From Alkalispirochaeta sp. (GTDB lineage: Bacteria > Spirochaetota > Spirochaetia > DSM-27196 > Alkalispirochaetaceae), in the NCBI GenBank assembly GCA_965601745.1, contig OZ271836.1, positions 2,147,222 to 2,211,221 on the forward strand: a stretch of 64,000 nt of DNA, given 5' to 3'. Every line of letters begins with the position of its first letter. The stretch's first letter is position 1. Shown piece after piece: positions 45,268-54,846 of this stretch. The notes below the pieces were generated by a model, which was not told the origin of the DNA, did not search any database, and saw nothing but the letters and a program-made list of their open reading frames with translations. A program made the position numbers and the translations under genes.

Positions 45268-46191
45268 ATGCGCAGATTTCAATGTATCGGGCAGAAATCG
45301 CTCGTAGCGGCGGCGTTTCTGTTTATTACAATTGCGTTAGCGTCGTGCGACATCAGCGCAATACTCGGTGGTGATGAAGACGACGACAATCCTGGTAGCG
45401 GTCTACCGAACACCGGAACGATCGAAGGTACGTGGCTGTTTTCGATTGGTTTCTACCCTTCTGGCTCGATAACGATCTACGTCGATGATGACCCTGACCC
45501 GTCAAACGGTTCTATAGTTTCCCAGTCTGCGGCTACTCCGGCAGCGGCTCCATCAACTGGTCAGATCGAGTTTACAGATGTTACACCCGGTGATTATTAC
45601 GTATATGCGATCTGCCATTTTTGCGGAATCATTACCGATCCCGGGTCCGTCCCGGGAGCCGGAAACTACATCGGTTTTTATTCAGATACCGACAGTAACG
45701 GCGATCCTGGGGCACCAAATGTCTCTGTCGAAGGAGGCGGAACGACTGAGATAGTCGTGATCCTTGAACCTATCTACGGTGTCTCGGGAAGGATAACCAG
45801 CACGACGAGCATAGCCGGCACCTGGTACCTGATACTTCTCGATGCTTCGCGATCCACAAGGCGTGCGATCGGCAACGGCACATTTAGTGGGACACAGGTA
45901 GATTATAGTGTTGAGATTGAAGAGTTGGCAGCCGGAGACTACTACTTAGAGGCCGTGATTGACGTGAACGGTAGCGCCACTGAATACGATCCGGAAGAAG
46001 TCGATCCGGCAGTCGATTTTGGAGAGGACTCGGTCGGTAGTCTGGGAGGTACGGCGGGTACGTATCTCACACGACTAACGTTTCCGGATCCGATTAATCC
46101 AAACTTATCCTTCGGTGGAAACAACAACGGCACGGTAGTACACGAAAATGTGGATTTCTCAGTCGGCCCTTATGACACGCCGGTCCCGTGA
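45268..46191 (+). CDS. Hypothetical lipoprotein
   Basis: 307 aa, lipobox ITIALASCD, acidic linker GGDEDDDNPGSG, then beta-rich repeats. No family recognised. Confidence 0.6.
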   Translation: MRRFQCIGQKSLVAAAFLFITIALASCDISAILGGDEDDDNPGSGLPNTGTIEGTWLFSIGFYPSGSITIYVDDDPDPSNGSIVSQSAATPAAAPSTGQIEFTDVTPGDYYVYAICHFCGIITDPGSVPGAGNYIGFYSDTDSNGDPGAPNVSVEGGGTTEIVVILEPIYGVSGRITSTTSIAGTWYLILLDASRSTRRAIGNGTFSGTQVDYSVEIEELAAGDYYLEAVIDVNGSATEYDPEEVDPAVDFGEDSVGSLGGTAGTYLTRLTFPDPINPNLSFGGNNNGTVVHENVDFSVGPYDTPVP

Positions 46192-46404
46192 TTACGACCT
46201 GTCTGCCCGCGTAACGCCGGACCGTGGCACGACCCCCTCAGCCGGCGTATGATCGTCTATCGTTCTGTCATCGGCTGCGCGTGTACCTGATTCCAATTGC
46301 CGTTCTGTCTTTTGCGGCCCGTCATCACTATACGTGTAACCGGGTGGGGCCGTATTATCAGAGCGTTGTTCGATGAGGGCAACGCCAAAGGTACGGTCGC
46401 CCCG

Positions 46405-47415
46405 CTACCACGTAAATCGCGGGTACGGCCCGATCGTGTTGAACGGCGCAAATGGCTGGGGTTGTATCTCCCCCTCCAAAAGTTGATCCCAATCGACGGG
46501 GTTGTACTCCCACGGGCCCCACGCGCCAAATGTAGTCGTCTCGTCGTAGACGGATGGCCCGTCAAACGCTTCTTGCGGTGATCCAAGCCCGATATCTACG
46601 GACCTGTAATGGGCCGTCATACTGATAGCCCCGTCATCGCCATACTCGAACGTTCCATACTCGTAAAACGAGACAAAAGGCCCGCCCCGCTCTTCCACAG
46701 GAATCCAGCTCAGGTCCGGCAAATCCAAACCGAATGTACTCATCATGTACGAGCCATCCGGATACATGTTTAAAAATCCGCCCGTATCCCATCCATCCTC
46801 TTGCTGAATAGTCGTGTTTATGGGCGGTGCGTTGAGATACTCTGTGTCGAGCGATGTTGGCCATTTACCGCTCGTACCGCCCAACATGATTTCCGCTATA
46901 CAGGTATCGTCCCAGCTGTCGCCGGAGTATACGGAAGCTATCTCAACAGACAATGCGCTGACGGTAAAAAGCGATTGATCGGCCCCAAGAGCGGTCCTGA
47001 TATGGACTCGCTGAACCGCCATTTCGTCTGAAAATGTGTGGGTAAATACACCTTCGTGCGTCTGGCCGTCGGTAATATAGCTTATCCGAAATACCGCCTC
47101 GCGAACACGGTTGTTGGCCGTCCACCAACGCGGATCGTGAAAGCCGGGCAGGACGGAGATATAGGCGATATTCCGGAGCGGCGTAGCAAACTCGATACGG
47201 ACCGATTCACCGATTCCATCACCATCGACACCTTCCACCCAGGACGTAAGGGGGTCGCCATCAAACGCCGATTCCGCGTCGTATCGATTGGGGACTCTCC
47301 CCCCGGGGAGTTCGGAGCTGGCGAATACCCGCGCGGACGGAACGTCGGGGAGCTCCGCGTACACCGTCGCTACGGAAAACGCGATCAAAAGGGCCATGAG
47401 AATGCGTTTCGTCAT
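46405..47415 (-). CDS. Secreted protein with N-terminal discoidin/NADase-type glycan-binding-like domain
   Basis: Start at ATG (complement 47413-47415) gives the signal peptide MTKRILMALLIAFSVATVYA. AESAFDGDPLTSWVEG...ESVRIEF resembles an F5/8-type-C-like sensor domain. Confidence 0.55.
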   Translation of the reverse strand: MTKRILMALLIAFSVATVYAELPDVPSARVFASSELPGGRVPNRYDAESAFDGDPLTSWVEGVDGDGIGESVRIEFATPLRNIAYISVLPGFHDPRWWTANNRVREAVFRISYITDGQTHEGVFTHTFSDEMAVQRVHIRTALGADQSLFTVSALSVEIASVYSGDSWDDTCIAEIMLGGTSGKWPTSLDTEYLNAPPINTTIQQEDGWDTGGFLNMYPDGSYMMSTFGLDLPDLSWIPVEERGGPFVSFYEYGTFEYGDDGAISMTAHYRSVDIGLGSPQEAFDGPSVYDETTTFGAWGPWEYNPVDWDQLLEGEIQPQPFAPFNTIGPYPRFTW

Positions 47416-47565
47416 AGCGCAAATGCTACTCACAGGTAAGGTAGACCTCAAGCGCCGGGCAGATTCGCGTCATCGGGGAGACCTGTCCGCCGCTTGACCG
47501 TCGCGGCGGACGGTCGGTCGGATGTTCGGGCAAGCGATCGATGCGTGTCGCCTCCTCAGAAGGTC

Positions 47566-48237
47566 GTGATAGTTAACGAACACGAATCGCACATCCAAGC
47601 CCGCGCTGAGCGTCCCCGCGAGCGCATGATGCGGAGCGGCCCGGCGATCCTAAGCGACCGCGAACTCCTGGCCGCCGTTCTCGGAACTGGAGGTCGCGGA
47701 AACTCGGTTGATCGGCTCTCGGGCGAAGTCCTGCGCCTCCTCGAGGAGTGCAACTACGACGCCCATCCGCGCCGCCTCCTCGAAGTTCGCGGTCTCGGAC
47801 CGGCCAAGGCAGGAATGTTGGCGGCGGCGATTGAGTTTGGCCGGCGAGTACTCGTACCACGACACTACCGAATCCGCCAGCCGTCGGACGTCGTTCCCCT
47901 CCTCCAACATTACGCGGATCGTCCGCAGGAATACTTCCTGGCCGTCTCGTTAAACGGAGCACATGAGGTTATCGCGGTTCGTATCGTCTCCGTTGGACTC
48001 GTCAACCGCACCTTGGTACATCCGCGGGAGGTGTTTGCCGACGCGATCGCCGATCGGGCGGCCGCGATAATCGTGGCGCATAACCACCCGAGCGGCAACG
48101 CGGATCCCAGCGAGGAGGACCGCGCCGTGACCCGGTCCCTTCACGACGCCGGAGACATCCTCGGGGTGCGCGTTCTCGATCACGTGATCTTTACGGCCGA
48201 CGGTTATCATAGCTTTCTCGAAGCCGGAGAGTTGTAG
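47566..48237 (+). CDS. radC: RadC-family JAB/MPN domain protein
   Basis: GTG 47566 (after AGAAGG) retains the conserved N-terminal ERPRERM...SDRELLAAVLGTGGRG. JAMM motif HNHPSG. Confidence 0.85.
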   Translation: MIVNEHESHIQARAERPRERMMRSGPAILSDRELLAAVLGTGGRGNSVDRLSGEVLRLLEECNYDAHPRRLLEVRGLGPAKAGMLAAAIEFGRRVLVPRHYRIRQPSDVVPLLQHYADRPQEYFLAVSLNGAHEVIAVRIVSVGLVNRTLVHPREVFADAIADRAAAIIVAHNHPSGNADPSEEDRAVTRSLHDAGDILGVRVLDHVIFTADGYHSFLEAGEL

Positions 48238-48271
48238 CTCCACGATATGTTACCCCGGCGGCGCCTAGGCT

Positions 48272-48679
48272 CTAATAGATCCGCTCGCCTTGATCGTCGA
48301 CGTTCTGCATAAAATACCCGGTGTCGGTGAGGAACTCATCCAGGCGCGTACGCGCATCTTCTGGTAAGCCCACTTCAATCATCGCCTCGCGCATGTAGCC
48401 GAGCCACTTCTCGACGTGTTCGCGCTCGATATGGAACCGGGCGTGGCGCGCCCGCAATGCCGGATGCCCCTTGCGGTTGCTGTAGTACGCTGGACCACCC
48501 AGGCGTTGTGCAAAAAATTCGTACTGATTCTGAATCGCCATCTCCATATCCCGCGGAAACATTCCTCGGAAGGACGGCTCTCTGTCCGCGTACACCTTGG
48601 TGTAGAAGGCGCGCGATAGCTCTTTAATCTTCTCATACCCTAACTGCTCGTAGAGGTTGACGTCGTCAATACTGAACAT
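48272..48679 (-). CDS. Globin-family protein (truncated-haemoglobin, group-2-like)
   Basis: Start at ATG (complement 48677-48679, MFSIDDVNLYEQLGYEKIKELSRAFY...). Length of 135 aa and helix pattern resemble YjbI-type trHb. Confidence 0.65.
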   Translation of the reverse strand: MFSIDDVNLYEQLGYEKIKELSRAFYTKVYADREPSFRGMFPRDMEMAIQNQYEFFAQRLGGPAYYSNRKGHPALRARHARFHIEREHVEKWLGYMREAMIEVGLPEDARTRLDEFLTDTGYFMQNVDDQGERIY

Positions 48680-48815
48680 GGCGCAAAAAGTATCGCCCGT
48701 GCGGCGGCATCGGCAAGAACCGGCATCCGCCGCGGATTCGGGCTTCGATTCGGCGCCCGCGTCGGGTCGGACGTTTTTTGAGACGAGACGCGAACGGGAG
48801 TGCGATATTACGGAG

Positions 48816-49175
48816 ATGGCAGCAAATGTACTCACGACCAAACTTCAAGGATGCTCGGATGATCCGCTCACCGGGTTCTATCGCGACGGTTTCTGTCACA
48901 CCGGCGAGACAGACACGGGCACGCACGTCGTCTGTGCCGAGGTAACCGAAGAGTTTCTGGACTACACCCGCACCCGCGGCAATGACCTTTCCACCCCTGT
49001 TCCGGCATTCCAGTTTCCGGGTCTCAAACCGGGCGACAGGTGGTGCCTGTGCGTACTTCGCTGGACCGAAGCACGCGACGCAGGATTCGCACCGCCGGTC
49101 GTCCTTGAGGCCACGCACATCGGGGCACTCGAGTATGTCGATCTGAGTGAGCTGGAGGAGTACGCCGTCGGCTGA
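48816..49175 (+). CDS. DUF2237-family protein
   Basis: ATG 48816 after ACGGAG. NVLTTKLQGCSDDPLTGFYRDGFCHTGETDTGTHVVCAEVTEEFL...GNDLSTP...PGLKPGDRWCLC is the family signature as I remember it. Confidence 0.85.
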   Translation: MAANVLTTKLQGCSDDPLTGFYRDGFCHTGETDTGTHVVCAEVTEEFLDYTRTRGNDLSTPVPAFQFPGLKPGDRWCLCVLRWTEARDAGFAPPVVLEATHIGALEYVDLSELEEYAVG

Positions 49176-49304
49176 GTACGTTTGGCCCGCCTGCGGTGTT
49201 GTATCTGTTGGTCGGGACACGATATCCCGTACGTTGCCCTCGTGACCAAACGTGCGACGAATCCCCGTCTATTGGCGCAAACACGGTAAATCGGGAGGAT
49301 AGTG

Positions 49305-50066
49305 ATGCCGGCATCGATCAACTCAATGACAACGCCACACGGACCTGACGCTTCACACGTACCTCAGTACGGTCTGGCGATGATCCTGTTTATGTTCGCC
49401 TGGCCGGCCGCGTGGTTCTCGTTTTTAATATACGTCGTTGCCCCGATGTTTCTCGCTGCCGACGGTACATTCCCCGCTTGGCTTGAGATCGCCGTCAACC
49501 TCTTGGGCCACGGCGGCGAGCTTTGCGTCGCGCTCATCATCTTCCGTCGGGAAGGGTATCGATTGACGATAAAGTCGCTCCGAGAGCGGATTAGATGGCG
49601 TTTGCCTCGCGCGTGGTGGAAATGGGGTGCCGCGTTTGGAGCGTTTCTCGCCGCAATCGTTGCGGTCCTCTTGTTGTTACCAGTGGCGACACACATAGCT
49701 AGCGTATTGACTCCGCCAAGCTGGTTGCCGGATCATCCGCTGATCGAATCCTCAGAGCCTTCGGAGACGGTTCGCGGACTGGGAACAGTCCTTTGGGCGA
49801 TATTCGATATCGGCTTTATGAGTCTTATCGTGACCGTCTTTAGCGAGGAGCTGTACTATCGAGGGGCCCTTCAGCCCAAGATGCGCAAGGTATTTGGTCG
49901 CTGGACCTGGGTAGCAAACGGTGTTCTATTCGGCCTAAAACATGCGTACGTATGGTGGAGGCTACCGTATCTCGTGCCTGTAGGCGTCGCCATCGCCTAC
50001 ATCTTTGGGACGGGCGGTAGTCTCCCACTGTCAGTATTTTTCCATTGGCTCGGTAACACGATTTAG
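49305..50066 (+). CDS. CPBP-family intramembrane glutamic endopeptidase (CAAX protease-like)
   Basis: EELYYRG, FGLKH and HWLGN motifs in a polytopic protein. ATG 49305 is 6 nt after GGGAGGA (GTG 49302 is the alternative). Confidence 0.8.
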   Translation: MPASINSMTTPHGPDASHVPQYGLAMILFMFAWPAAWFSFLIYVVAPMFLAADGTFPAWLEIAVNLLGHGGELCVALIIFRREGYRLTIKSLRERIRWRLPRAWWKWGAAFGAFLAAIVAVLLLLPVATHIASVLTPPSWLPDHPLIESSEPSETVRGLGTVLWAIFDIGFMSLIVTVFSEELYYRGALQPKMRKVFGRWTWVANGVLFGLKHAYVWWRLPYLVPVGVAIAYIFGTGGSLPLSVFFHWLGNTI

Positions 50067-50260
50067 CCCAGGATCGGATATGCGACGTCCGAGTTCTTCA
50101 TTCAGTAGACCGAGTCGCAGTTAGAATCCAAGCTGATAGATCGGGAAGGAAGCCTCCAGGGCGACAGATCGCGCGTAAACAGGCTCTACAGCGGATGGAT
50201 TAAAACGCAAGCCGAGCTACAAGGCCTCAAAACGATCGAAGCGCAACCGTGGGGCGAGCG

Positions 50261-50812
50261 CTAAACCGAGTGCGGCAGCAGTTCGCGGTAGATCTCCACG
50301 AGCTTAGACGGGGATTCTTTCATGCCGGTAGAAATCCATCGCTTCGCGATGCTGACCAGGATCCCTACGTACACGGTACGCGCATAGGGCTCCGCTTCTT
50401 GGGAAACGACGCAGGTTTCAAATGCTCGCTCGTCCAAGCCCAACTTCGTCGCATGTGCCTCTGCATCGTCTAGAAGAAATAGAAGGCGATGTTTATCCAA
50501 TAGGTTAAGGAAGGACCGGTTCGAACTCCACGTCTCAAAGAACAATGAGACGACGTAAACGTCGTGTCGGTCGGCGGGGTAAGGAATCTCGGCCATTTTT
50601 TCGGCGACCAATCGAAACATGTGATGCGAGAGAACGGCTTCTTTTGACGCAAAATGGGCGTAGAACGTGTTCCGTACGAGGCCGGCAGCGCGGGTGATGT
50701 CGGTAATATTGATCGAGTCAAATGACTGACGATCCAACAGGTCTATCAGCGCGAGCGTGATAAGTGTAATCGACCGCCGCGAGTTATTGTTTGCCGGTTC
50801 ACGCTTTAACAT
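50261..50812 (-). CDS. TetR/AcrR-family transcriptional regulator
   Basis: ATG (complement 50810-50812) is preferred to the TTG at 50866. HTH SINITDITRAAGLVRNTFYAHFASKEAV. Confidence 0.8.
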   Translation of the reverse strand: MLKREPANNNSRRSITLITLALIDLLDRQSFDSINITDITRAAGLVRNTFYAHFASKEAVLSHHMFRLVAEKMAEIPYPADRHDVYVVSLFFETWSSNRSFLNLLDKHRLLFLLDDAEAHATKLGLDERAFETCVVSQEAEPYARTVYVGILVSIAKRWISTGMKESPSKLVEIYRELLPHSV

Positions 50813-50828
50813 CGTCCGTACTCGAATC

Positions 50829-50925
50829 TGCGCATTTTCAACGTTCTGCGCAAAGACTCTTATCAAGCTTGACCGGGGTAAAACCGCTAACTACCATTAG
50901 TCAAAATAATATGCGCAGATGCGCA
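50829..50925. repeat. Four TGCGCA hexamers in two pairs (50829, 50847; 50912, 50920)
   Basis: Read directly in the divergent TetR / NAD(P)H-oxidoreductase intergenic region. The proximal pair forms ATGCGCAGATGCGCA. Confidence 0.35.
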
Positions 50926-50961
50926 AATGTCAACATATGTTCATAATTTGGGAGCAAGCTT

Positions 50962-51546
50962 ATGTATACAACCGTTGTTTTTGCCCATCCGTGGCACGGG
51001 AGCTTTAACAAAGCGATCCTCGACGAGGTTACCTCGAGCCTCGGGGCGTCGCAAAAGGATTTCCGCGTGATTGATTTAAACAAGGACTCCTACAACGCAT
51101 CATTGTCCGAGCAAGACCTTGCTTTGTTTTCCAAAGGAGAAACGGCGGATAAGACCACAATAGAATACCAAAAGTCCATCCAAGATTCTGACGAGCTTGT
51201 TTTTATCTACCCGACCTGGTGGTACGACGCCCCGGCTATACTCAAAGGATTTATCGACAAAGTTATGCTCAAGGGTTTTGCATACAAGGAAACCAAGACC
51301 GGATTAAAGGGACTACTTACGCACGTGAAACGAACAACCGTGATCACAACGTCGGAGTATCCGACCTGGTATCTCCGATTACTTCACGGCAACCTTTTTA
51401 CCGGGATGCCCTTTCACGCAATCCTGAGGGGCGTCGGATTAAAGAATATCAAATGGATGAATAATCCGTGGACGAGTAGCGGTACTTCACAACGACGAAT
51501 GGGGTTTCTCTCGAGGATCCGTACGCGATTTGCCGGCGCCCTCTAA
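50962..51546 (+). CDS. Flavodoxin-fold NAD(P)H-dependent (quinone) oxidoreductase
   Basis: 194 aa, VVFAHPWHGSFNKAIL...LVFIYPTWWYDAPAILKGFIDKV, typical of the Flavodoxin_2 / MdaB-KefF-like family. Confidence 0.8.
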   Translation: MYTTVVFAHPWHGSFNKAILDEVTSSLGASQKDFRVIDLNKDSYNASLSEQDLALFSKGETADKTTIEYQKSIQDSDELVFIYPTWWYDAPAILKGFIDKVMLKGFAYKETKTGLKGLLTHVKRTTVITTSEYPTWYLRLLHGNLFTGMPFHAILRGVGLKNIKWMNNPWTSSGTSQRRMGFLSRIRTRFAGAL

Positions 51547-51600
51547 TCATAGTGCCGGGGTCGAGCATTTGGATACGGGCGCCGGAGGGCGCGGGCGCGC

Positions 51601-52179
51601 TTACATCTGGGGGATTTTTTTGTTCCGGGCGGCAAAATCGGCCGTCTTGGCGATCCGGTTTTCACGGGTTGCCTGCGTTTTCGCCAACTTAATCCAGCGC
51701 AACACGTTCCGTCGGTAGGAGGGAGCGGATGCCTGAAAGTTCCCAAGTGCAGGCGGAAGCGCCTCAAGCGATGCCACCAAATCCGCCGGGAGGATAAGCG
51801 CATCGACTTCATCCATAAAGCTCCACATCCCGTTTCGCTTGGACTCTTCGATCGATCGCAGACCCGCCGGGTGAACGCGCCCCTCGGCGATCAATGTTGC
51901 TATGCGATCCTTATAGCTCTTCGCCCAGTGCTGCACTTTGCGCGGAGAGATAAGCTGCATCGTTCGTTCATCGTCAAGTTTGCGTCGAATGCCATCTACC
52001 CATCCGTAGCACAAGAGTTCGTCAACGATTTGATGGGTAGAAACGTACTTGTCCGGATCGCTTTTTTTGTACGTGACAAGCCAAACACTTTCCGCTTGCC
52101 TATGATTTGTTTCTAACCACGCGCGGAGCTCAGCTACCGACTCAACCGGGACTTTCTCAAAGTTGTCCGTTTCTATCAT
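51601..52179 (-). CDS. YdeI/OmpD-associated family protein
   Basis: 192 aa, ELRAWLETNH...VWLVTYKK...YGWVDGIRRKLD pattern of the YdeI (DUF1801-related) family. Confidence 0.75.
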   Translation of the reverse strand: MIETDNFEKVPVESVAELRAWLETNHRQAESVWLVTYKKSDPDKYVSTHQIVDELLCYGWVDGIRRKLDDERTMQLISPRKVQHWAKSYKDRIATLIAEGRVHPAGLRSIEESKRNGMWSFMDEVDALILPADLVASLEALPPALGNFQASAPSYRRNVLRWIKLAKTQATRENRIAKTADFAARNKKIPQM

Positions 52180-53404
52180 GCCTATCCATCGTATGAGGTA
52201 AATCCCGCGGGGAAGTCAATGACGCGAGCTCCACCCCGGCCCACGGTTCCAACAGCTCCCGGTACCGACGAGACGAACCGGTTCTGACGATCTCGGAGAC
52301 CAGACGAGCGGTCGCAGAACCGACTCCGACCTTACGCGCGAGAACGTCAGCGTCATCGGGAAGCTCGTTTGAATCAGGCTCATCCAGTTTTGCCATCGCG
52401 ATGGAATGGGCGGCGCGACCAAACGGATTGGGAATGTCTTGTTGGTCAAGCGCGTAGGCGATGTGCTCGAGCGTTACGACAACGCGGTCTCGCGTACCAA
52501 GCACACGTGAATCGGGATCGACGAGCCAGATAGGCGGACGGAGCGGGAGACGGTGTTTCTTGGAAGCCGCCAGAAGAATCGGATCGAGATAGTGACCGCG
52601 ACTGTCGATTGGCTCGCCATACGGACTTCGGCCAATCGAGGGGTAAATCGCGGCAATCCGCGCCGCCGCTTCGGCGCGCTGAGAGCCAACGACGCGTAAG
52701 AAATGCTCCTTTTGTCGACCCTCCTTGAGAGTCATACCGCCGGCCACCACAAAACTCACGCCGGCCGCGGCGAAATCGCCAAACGCGGTATCGATCTGTT
52801 CCGGTCGGTCGCTCAGAAATGGGACAATAGGTAGATTGTAGACGCCGCAGGTAATACCGGCATCCACCATTCGACGAATCGACGCCAAACGTTCGCTCGG
52901 CGGCCGGACGCCCGGTTCGAGGAGCCGAGCTAACTCATCATCAGTTGTGGAGAAACTCATACTGACGATCGCGCGAGATTTCCGATCGATCGCTTGTACT
53001 AAGTCGAGGTCGCGTTCAACAAGGGTTGATTTTGTAAGGACGTGCGTCGGCCGACCAAACTCGAGTAGCAGTTCGAGAGCGCCACGCGCGAGTCCATACT
53101 TCGTCTCGATCGGCTGGTACAGGTCGGTAACGCCTCCGCCGGCAAAAACGAATCCGCCGGGAATTGGCTTCCGGCGCCTGGCCGGATCGAGTTCACGCCG
53201 CAAGACCTCCAACGCGTTTGTCTTGACGACGATGTCGCGACCAAACTCGCCTTCGACGTAATAGCGTTCGTCCCGGCCGTCGCAGTAGCTACAGTTGTGC
53301 ATACAACCACGATAGAGGTTCATCCCGAAGCGACTGATAAACCACGACTCGATTCGGCGATGTTTCCGGAGAATGCTCTTGGCTTCAATCTCGCGAATCG
53401 ACAT
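52157..53404 (-). CDS. Radical SAM protein (SplB/'DNA repair photolyase' COG1533-like)
   Basis: Start at ATG (complement 53402-53404, MSIREIEAKSIL...). CMHNCSYC is a CxxxCxxC cluster motif. The upstream extension of ORF 52157..53596 overlaps the divergent M20 gene. Confidence 0.85.
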   Translation of the reverse strand: MSIREIEAKSILRKHRRIESWFISRFGMNLYRGCMHNCSYCDGRDERYYVEGEFGRDIVVKTNALEVLRRELDPARRRKPIPGGFVFAGGGVTDLYQPIETKYGLARGALELLLEFGRPTHVLTKSTLVERDLDLVQAIDRKSRAIVSMSFSTTDDELARLLEPGVRPPSERLASIRRMVDAGITCGVYNLPIVPFLSDRPEQIDTAFGDFAAAGVSFVVAGGMTLKEGRQKEHFLRVVGSQRAEAAARIAAIYPSIGRSPYGEPIDSRGHYLDPILLAASKKHRLPLRPPIWLVDPDSRVLGTRDRVVVTLEHIAYALDQQDIPNPFGRAAHSIAMAKLDEPDSNELPDDADVLARKVGVGSATARLVSEIVRTGSSRRYRELLEPWAGVELASLTSPRDLPHTMDRHDRNGQL

Positions 53405-53456
53405 GATGTGGGTATTATAATCCCATACACCGTGAGAATCGCCACGAGGAGATGCC

Positions 53457-54830
53457 ATGACCAAACCGCACCAACACGCAGTTGCCAACTTTGATGCCCG
53501 CCTCGATGAACTCAAAGAGCTACTGCGTATCCCCAGCGTCAGTACGCAGGAAGCGCATGCGCCGGACGTTCGACGCGCGGCGGACTGGGTGCGCAACTAT
53601 CTAGCAGAGCTCGGATTTTCAGTCGAGATACATAAAACGCCGGGCCACCCCGTCGTCGTTGGGCGATGGATGGGAGCAGGCGGCGCCGCGAAGACCTTAC
53701 TCATCTACGGTCACTACGATGTCCAGCCACCAGATCCCGTCGAGGATTGGAGGTCTCCCCCGTTTGAACCGACGGTACGTAGCGACAAACTCTATTGCCG
53801 AGGGGCCTCCGACGATAAGGGCCAGGTGTTTGTCCACCTCGCCGCTATAAACTCAATTCTGGCAAGCGATGGAGTACTACCGGTCAACGTCACAGTGGTG
53901 ATCGAAGGCGAAGAGGAGATTGGCTCACCCAATTTGGGCGCTTTTGTTGACGAGCACGCCGAATTACTCGCGGCGGATTATGCGCTCATCTCGGACACGC
54001 ATATCCGCGGACTGGAAAGCCCTACGATCGTCTACGCGCTCCGCGGTCTGATGTACTCGCAGCTTGATGTTACCGGTCCCTCCGGCGACCTGCACTCGGG
54101 TCACTTCGGCGGGGCGGTCCACAATCCGGCCCAGGCGATAAGCGAAATCATCGCCTCGCTCCACGATAAAAACGGGACGGTTACCGTCGCAGGATTTTAT
54201 GACAACGTTGTCCCCCTGGAGGACGATGAGCGAGCGGACATCGCTCGAATACCCTATCCCGAATCGACACTGATCACCGAGACGGGAGCACCGCGGGCTT
54301 GGGGTGAATCTGAGTTCAGCATTTCCGAGAGAATCGGCGGGCGACCGACACTGGAAATCAACGGTCTCTTGAGCGGATACACCGAGCCCGGCGCCAAGAC
54401 GGTTCTCCCGGCCCACGCAATGGCAAAAATCAGCTGTCGTTTAGTTGCCAATCAGGACCCCGACCGGATATTTGGGCTGATCCGCCGTCACATCGAATCG
54501 ATTGCGCCAACAACGGTAACCTGGAAGCTCACGCAGATGGCAAGTGGAAAAGCCGCGTTGACGGACCGAAACGCTCCCGCGGTCCAGGCCGCTGCGCGGG
54601 CATATGAAGATCACTGGGGTACTCGCCCCGATTTTGTGCGGGAGGGAGGTTCGATCCCGGTGGTCGCAATGTTCCAGGAGACCTTGGACGTTCCGGTCGT
54701 ATTGATGGGCTTTGGTCTACCCGACGACAACCTTCACGCTCCAAACGAGAAGTTTTCACTTGAGTGCTTCAGACGCGGGATCGCGACGTCTATCGGTTTT
54801 TTCCAGGAACTGGCCCGGCTTGAAGAATAG
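53457..54830 (+). CDS. M20-family dipeptidase
   Basis: 457 aa, GHYDVQP, ASDDKG, EGEEEIGS metal-ligand motifs. Confidence 0.9.
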   Translation: MTKPHQHAVANFDARLDELKELLRIPSVSTQEAHAPDVRRAADWVRNYLAELGFSVEIHKTPGHPVVVGRWMGAGGAAKTLLIYGHYDVQPPDPVEDWRSPPFEPTVRSDKLYCRGASDDKGQVFVHLAAINSILASDGVLPVNVTVVIEGEEEIGSPNLGAFVDEHAELLAADYALISDTHIRGLESPTIVYALRGLMYSQLDVTGPSGDLHSGHFGGAVHNPAQAISEIIASLHDKNGTVTVAGFYDNVVPLEDDERADIARIPYPESTLITETGAPRAWGESEFSISERIGGRPTLEINGLLSGYTEPGAKTVLPAHAMAKISCRLVANQDPDRIFGLIRRHIESIAPTTVTWKLTQMASGKAALTDRNAPAVQAAARAYEDHWGTRPDFVREGGSIPVVAMFQETLDVPVVLMGFGLPDDNLHAPNEKFSLECFRRGIATSIGFFQELARLEE

Positions 54831-54846
54831 ATAGAACAAACGTGTC

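Noticed and set aside
44995-45282. 95-aa minus-strand ORF (or its 61-aa ATG form, 44995..45180) in the 288-bp gap before the lipoprotein gene.
   Set aside because: The TTG start overlaps the lipoprotein start, the SD is weak, and no family is recognised. The AT-rich 3' part looks like a promoter region. Left unannotated.
46328-46341. ACTATACGTGTAAC, which resembles the 15-bp operator shared by the 54979 and 59530 sites.
   Set aside because: It has one deletion and end mismatches that destroy the dyad, and it lies between two convergent gene ends where an operator makes little sense.
46195-46404. An open frame of about 70 codons continuing in-frame past the TAG of the secreted discoidin-like protein, raising the possibility of readthrough or a pseudogenised C-terminus.
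   Set aside because: Open stretches of this length are expected by chance at this GC content. There is no recoding signal and no recognisable domain in the extension.
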